Below, in pieces: positions 59,466 to 64,000 of a stretch of DNA of 64,000 nucleotides. A model generated the notes under the pieces. That model was not told where the DNA came from, did not search any database, and saw only the letters and a list, made by a program, of their open reading frames with translations. Within the stretch, counting starts at the first letter, position 1. Each line of letters begins with the position of its first letter. The position numbers were made by a program, and so were the translations under genes. The stretch covers positions 32,001 through 96,000 of the forward strand of contig CAXXWQ010000002.1 of assembly GCA_963674945.2 (NCBI GenBank), read 5' to 3'. This stretch comes from an uncultured Desulfosarcina sp. GTDB taxonomy: Bacteria > Desulfobacterota > Desulfobacteria > Desulfobacterales > Desulfosarcinaceae.

Positions 59466-61193
59466 TCAGGATTGAATGCCATACTTTTTCATCTTCCGCC
59501 ACAATGTCGTGCGTTCCATTCCCAGTTCACTTGCCGCTTTTTGCCGATGGCCGTCCGCCTTTTTGAGGGCTGCCAGAATACGCCGTCGTTCATAACCACT
59601 CCCTTTGTCCACCTCGCTGGAAGATGGAATTTTTACCGGTTGCGGCGTTATTACCCAGTCGGGTAAATGCTCCGGTTGAATCATCGTTTCGCGGCAGACG
59701 ATCAAGGAATGCTCCAGAATATTCTCCATCTCCCGAACATTTCCCGGGTAGTCGTAGTTGAGAAGAACTTTCATGACCGCGTTGGAGATGGCTGCGACGG
59801 GTGCCGATCGTTTTGCACACAGATTGCGTATGATGTGGCGGATCAAGATGGGAAGGTCTCCCCTGCGATTTTTCAATGGGGGGAGCTCGATGTGCAGGAC
59901 ATTGAGACGATAGTATAGATCTTCTCTGAACAATCGTTGTTCCACGAGGTTTTTAAGCCGTCGGTTCGTTGCCGAGATGATGCGCACATTCACCTTTCGG
60001 GTGCGTCGGGAGCCCAGGGGGTAAAACTCCTTGTCCTCCAGAACCCGAAGCAGCTTGGCCTGAAGGGAGAGGGGCAGATCGCCGATTTCATCCAAAAGGA
60101 TCGTTCCCCCCTCGGCCTCGGAAAAACGACCCGGCTTGTCCCGATCAGCGCCGGTGAAGGCGCCCTTGACGTAACCGAAGATCTCTGACTCGATGAGGCT
60201 TTCGGGGATGGCGGCACAGTTCACTTTCACCATCGGTGCCTTTGACCGTGGGCTGATCGAGTGGATTACTTTGGCCAACAGATCTTTACCCGTTCCCGTG
60301 TCCCCCTCCACCAATACGGTTGCGTCACTCGGGGCCACCACCGATACCATATCGAAGATCCGTTGCATGGCCGGATCCTTTCCGATCATGTCGTGAAAGG
60401 TGTACTTGTCCCTGGTGGCCCGGTCCAGTTCATGGGCCAGGGTCATGTCATGAAACGTTGCAAGACCTCCGATGATCACGTCCTTTTCGTCTCTTAAAGC
60501 GATGTAATTGGCTCGAATGGGAATGACGATGCCATCCTTGTCAATCACCCGTCCTTTATGATTGAAGCGATTTTTTCCCGAAGAGATGGTTTCCTTGAGC
60601 GGACATAGATCCGGTGCATGTTCATCGGAGACGATGGTGGCGCAGGATTGGCCCAGTATCTGATACCGATTGTATCCGGATATGGTCTCGGCGGCACGGT
60701 TGAAGAAATTGATCAATCCGCCACGGTTAACGGAGAAAATGCCCACATCCATGTTGTCGAGGATGATTTTTAATCTCCTCTCCTCGTAATGCAGCCGGTC
60801 GATCAATTGGGTAATGGGCGAATGATCCTGAATAATGGTCATGCATCCGTCGATGTTCCCATGGTAATCGTAGATGGGGGTGGCCATCAGCGTGCACAGG
60901 TGCCGCTGGTCTGCATCCTCGTTCACCTTCGTGACCGTGCAGCAATCATCGGCATCATCCGGATGGTCAATCACACAGGATGCCGTGCAGGGAACACCGG
61001 TGAACACCTCCCGGCAGTCCAGGTGGATTACCTCGTTTTCCCTGAGCCCCAACAGCGCCTGGGCACAGAGATTGATGGCGGTAATACGCCGCTTGCCGTC
61101 GGCTACGAAGGCACCGATGTTGAGTTCGTCCATGACTTCCAGCCAATGGTCGCATCGGATACGTTGCTGTCGATCAAACGGTATTTTTCCCAT
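59466..61193 (-). CDS. sigma54-dependent transcriptional activator with two PAS domains
   Basis: GDTGTGKD, ESEIFG, GAFTGA, LDEIGD, FREDLYYRLNV, YPGNVRE and a Fis-type HTH. Confidence 0.95.
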   Translation of the reverse strand: MGKIPFDRQQRIRCDHWLEVMDELNIGAFVADGKRRITAINLCAQALLGLRENEVIHLDCREVFTGVPCTASCVIDHPDDADDCCTVTKVNEDADQRHLCTLMATPIYDYHGNIDGCMTIIQDHSPITQLIDRLHYEERRLKIILDNMDVGIFSVNRGGLINFFNRAAETISGYNRYQILGQSCATIVSDEHAPDLCPLKETISSGKNRFNHKGRVIDKDGIVIPIRANYIALRDEKDVIIGGLATFHDMTLAHELDRATRDKYTFHDMIGKDPAMQRIFDMVSVVAPSDATVLVEGDTGTGKDLLAKVIHSISPRSKAPMVKVNCAAIPESLIESEIFGYVKGAFTGADRDKPGRFSEAEGGTILLDEIGDLPLSLQAKLLRVLEDKEFYPLGSRRTRKVNVRIISATNRRLKNLVEQRLFREDLYYRLNVLHIELPPLKNRRGDLPILIRHIIRNLCAKRSAPVAAISNAVMKVLLNYDYPGNVREMENILEHSLIVCRETMIQPEHLPDWVITPQPVKIPSSSEVDKGSGYERRRILAALKKADGHRQKAASELGMERTTLWRKMKKYGIQS

Positions 61194-61577
61194 TGTCATC
61201 CTCATCGTGTAAGGCGAGGGTCATGACATCGCGGGTGCTTTGCTTATCGTCGATGATCACAGCACGGGTCACTGTCCGGATGAGGTGGAGGGTTGCCTGC
61301 CTTCGCGGAATTGGACAATCGTATCGCTTGCTCTATCGATCATCAGGAGGGCATTGGGAGCGAGTGCGGCAAATTCAGCAAATTTTCATCATCATAGGCA
61401 ATTGTCGCTGGTTCGTCAATACGGCCTCCGTCGTAAACATGTGTCCCTGTCCACCAGGAAGGGGACGGGGCCGGAATATACTGGTATTTAGTGATGGATA
61501 TCACATCATTTTCACTTCCACCTTGTATTACTTATGTAAGTCCGAACCCGACGGCTTGCCCATTTGTGTATCAAACT

Positions 61578-61593
61578 GGGCACACAACTGGCA
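61578..61593 (+). promoter_or_regulatory. putative sigma54 (-24/-12) promoter
   Basis: GGGCACACAACTGGCA = GG-N10-GC with a GGCAC core; divergent from the activator and facing the protease. Confidence 0.5.
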
Positions 61594-61914
61594 ACCGCGA
61601 AAAAGGGCATCAAAAGGCGGTGGTTTTATAGGCGGGCGGCGCTTGAAGCGAATCGTCCGGCGCTTGAAACAGAGGGATGGAATTTCAGCATGAATGCCCA
61701 ACAATCTGCAGAGGAATTCGTTGCGACTGCTTTCCAGCGACATTGTGTGGATATCGAGAAAAAGGAATTGGTGGGGAAATTTCGATTCGATTTGGTTGAT
61801 CCCTGGAAACGGATGTGGCTTTGGGATGAAGATAAAACACCGGAACTGCTGAACCGGCTATGAATTCGGAAAAAGCAATAATCATTCGCTTACGTATTCA
61901 TAAAGGAGGATATC

Positions 61915-64000
61915 ATGGCAAAAATGACCAAAAAGGAGGAGGGGTCGATCCTGATGCGCGGCGGGGAGAAAATTGCGCTGGTAAAAGTCGATAATCAGTT
62001 CTCCGCTTTTCTTCGATCCGGCGTGGATTCGACGGCCAAATCGGCTTTTAAATCAGCCGATCGTAAACAGGCGTTAAGCAAGCAGATGGGAGTCTATGAA
62101 GTTAGTCCCAGCAATCTCAATAAAGTGATGAAAGATGTGCGCACAGATAAAGATGTGTTGTTTTGCCACCATGTCTATGCTGCTGCCGAACATCCTGAAT
62201 CCAATTTCTTATTGACGGATCAGATCATCGTTCAATTTAAGGAAGGCATTTCTTCTAATCAAATTACCGAGGTACTGAAAAAATACCACCTTGAGATTGT
62301 GGAAGAGTACACCGATCGTTCTAATAATTTTCTTCTGCGTGTTACCTCTGATTCCGGTGCAAACCCACTGAAAATATCCAACCGACTACATTCGGAGGGT
62401 CTGACGGAATATGCGGAGCCGAATCTGGTCGTTCAGTATAAAAAGTATTTTGAGCCTTCCGATGCCAGATATACCAAACAGTGGCATTTGAAAAACAGAG
62501 GCGGCGTCGAACTCGTGGCCGGTGCCGATGTCAATGCGCCTGAAGCTTGGGATATTACGACCGGATCGCGAGGCGTCATCGTTGCGGTCATCGATGATGG
62601 TTTTGATTTGGATCACCCCGATCTGCAAGGGCCGGGAAAAATCGTCGCACCCATCGATTTCGGTTTGCGAACCCCTCCCACCTATTCAAACCCTGAACCT
62701 GAGATCATTTCGGACGAGCGACCTTACCCTGAAGGTGAAGACTATCACGGCACACCCTGTGCCGGCGTCGCAGTCGCAGAATTGGGTGGCGGTGATGCCG
62801 TGGGAATCGCTCCGGAATGTTCCTTGATGCCGATCAGGTGGCCTTTTTACGGCACAGATAGCATGGTCTCGGCGATGTTTACCCATGCCTGTCAATCAGG
62901 AGCTGCGGTGATTTCATGTAGCTGGGGGCCGGGTCCCGGCATAAATCCCATCAGTTCAAAATTCAGTCAGGTTTTGCATGATACGGCAACACTCGGTCGA
63001 GGCGGAAAGGGGTGTGTGATCCTATTTGCAGCGGGAAATGATAATACACCTATCAATGATACGATCAACGGCACCCGCCATTTCAATGGAGAGGCAGGGC
63101 ACCCTGATGTGATGGCGATAGCTGCTTGTACCAGTATGAATAAAAAGGCGGCGTATAGCGGTTGGGGGCGCGAAATTTCGGTGTGCGCACCAAGCAACAA
63201 TTTCTGGCCCGGTGATGTCAGCCGCAAACTTCCTGGTCGGGGGATTGTTACCATCGATAATGGCACGCATGGATCAGGGTTCGATCCAGGACTCTATACG
63301 GAACGTTTCGGCGGCACATCCAGCGCCACACCATTGGCTGCAGGGGTGGCGGCGCTGGTCATCGCTGCCAATCCAACGTTGACGGCAGCACAGGTACGGG
63401 AAATCTTGGAGACCACTGCCGACAAAATCGAGGATCACGATCCTGATCCGCAACTGGGCATCTCCAAGGGCACCTATGAAGCGAATGGACACTCGGAATG
63501 GTTCGGCTATGGAAAGGTTAATGCTGGAAAAGCTGTGCGCAAGGCAAGGAATGATGTCAGGATTTTAGAGATAAGGCAAATTGCGAACCTGCCTATTCCG
63601 GATGCTGATCCGGCGGGCATCGTGAGCCGAATTGTCGTTGATCAAGATGCTCGAATCCAGAACCTCAAGGTTACCGTGGATATCCTGCATTCATATATTG
63701 GCGATCTGATGGTCTACTTGGTCGCTCCGGGTGGATATCGTGTCGTCCTCCATAATCGCGAGGGGGGGCGTACGGAGAATCTTTTGACGACTTTTGATGC
63801 GACATCTGCTCCCAAACTTATGGATCTCAATGGCGTGAGTGTACGTGGGGTCTGGTCCCTCGAAGTTTCCGATTACGCCCGATTTGATGAGGGCGTTTTA
63901 AGGCAGTGGACATTGACGGCTGCTGTAGATGATGATGGCTCCATCCAGATTGAATCACAGCCTTCACAATCGATCCCTGACAACGAACCCAATGGTATTT
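61915..64000 (+). CDS. S8 subtilisin-like serine peptidase with proprotein-convertase P-domain(s) (runs off the window)
   Basis: Not in the ORF track (no stop in the window); AAGGAGG RBS; VAVIDDG, HGTPCAG, FAAGN and FGGTSSATP in one frame; P-domain HSYIGDL; a second P-domain appears to begin at the edge. Confidence 0.92.
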   Translation, partial: MAKMTKKEEGSILMRGGEKIALVKVDNQFSAFLRSGVDSTAKSAFKSADRKQALSKQMGVYEVSPSNLNKVMKDVRTDKDVLFCHHVYAAAEHPESNFLLTDQIIVQFKEGISSNQITEVLKKYHLEIVEEYTDRSNNFLLRVTSDSGANPLKISNRLHSEGLTEYAEPNLVVQYKKYFEPSDARYTKQWHLKNRGGVELVAGADVNAPEAWDITTGSRGVIVAVIDDGFDLDHPDLQGPGKIVAPIDFGLRTPPTYSNPEPEIISDERPYPEGEDYHGTPCAGVAVAELGGGDAVGIAPECSLMPIRWPFYGTDSMVSAMFTHACQSGAAVISCSWGPGPGINPISSKFSQVLHDTATLGRGGKGCVILFAAGNDNTPINDTINGTRHFNGEAGHPDVMAIAACTSMNKKAAYSGWGREISVCAPSNNFWPGDVSRKLPGRGIVTIDNGTHGSGFDPGLYTERFGGTSSATPLAAGVAALVIAANPTLTAAQVREILETTADKIEDHDPDPQLGISKGTYEANGHSEWFGYGKVNAGKAVRKARNDVRILEIRQIANLPIPDADPAGIVSRIVVDQDARIQNLKVTVDILHSYIGDLMVYLVAPGGYRVVLHNREGGRTENLLTTFDATSAPKLMDLNGVSVRGVWSLEVSDYARFDEGVLRQWTLTAAVDDDGSIQIESQPSQSIPDNEPNGI

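Noticed and set aside
61690..61863. 57-aa ORF upstream of the S8 protease
   Set aside because: Weak RBS and no motif; coding status unsupported.

Overview
Chromosomal window from a bacterium whose gene content suggests a sulfate-reducing deltaproteobacterium (Desulfobacterales-like; inferred, not verified). Housekeeping genes are rpmF-acyl-CoA dehydrogenase-fabG-acpP, gltX, tRNA-Gln(CTG), a porin and gatB. Between them lie several accessory blocks: (i) an AT-richer island after tRNA-Gln with a signal-peptide Rhs/YD toxin gene split by an intact IS1380 (15-bp IRs, TATTT target duplication) and a probable immunity gene; (ii) an operon of a sensor-less MCP, two V4R proteins, a cysteine desulfurase-family enzyme and a small protein; (iii) a TonB receptor/methyltransferase/Nik-Dpp ABC operon behind a structured attenuator-like leader; (iv) vapBC; (v) an aryl-polyene-related but divergent lipid cluster with a DAK2-DegV fusion and a B12 radical SAM enzyme; (vi) a cold-shock/RNA-chaperone island (KamA, csp, DEAD-box helicase, two RRM proteins, a FabX-like flavoprotein) containing a duplicated csp leader; (vii) a truncated ISNCY element, a SRAP remnant, a lipoprotein cluster, a sigma54 activator and a partial S8 protease. 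No CRISPR array or rRNA was seen. All family calls come from motif recognition by eye, without database searches.
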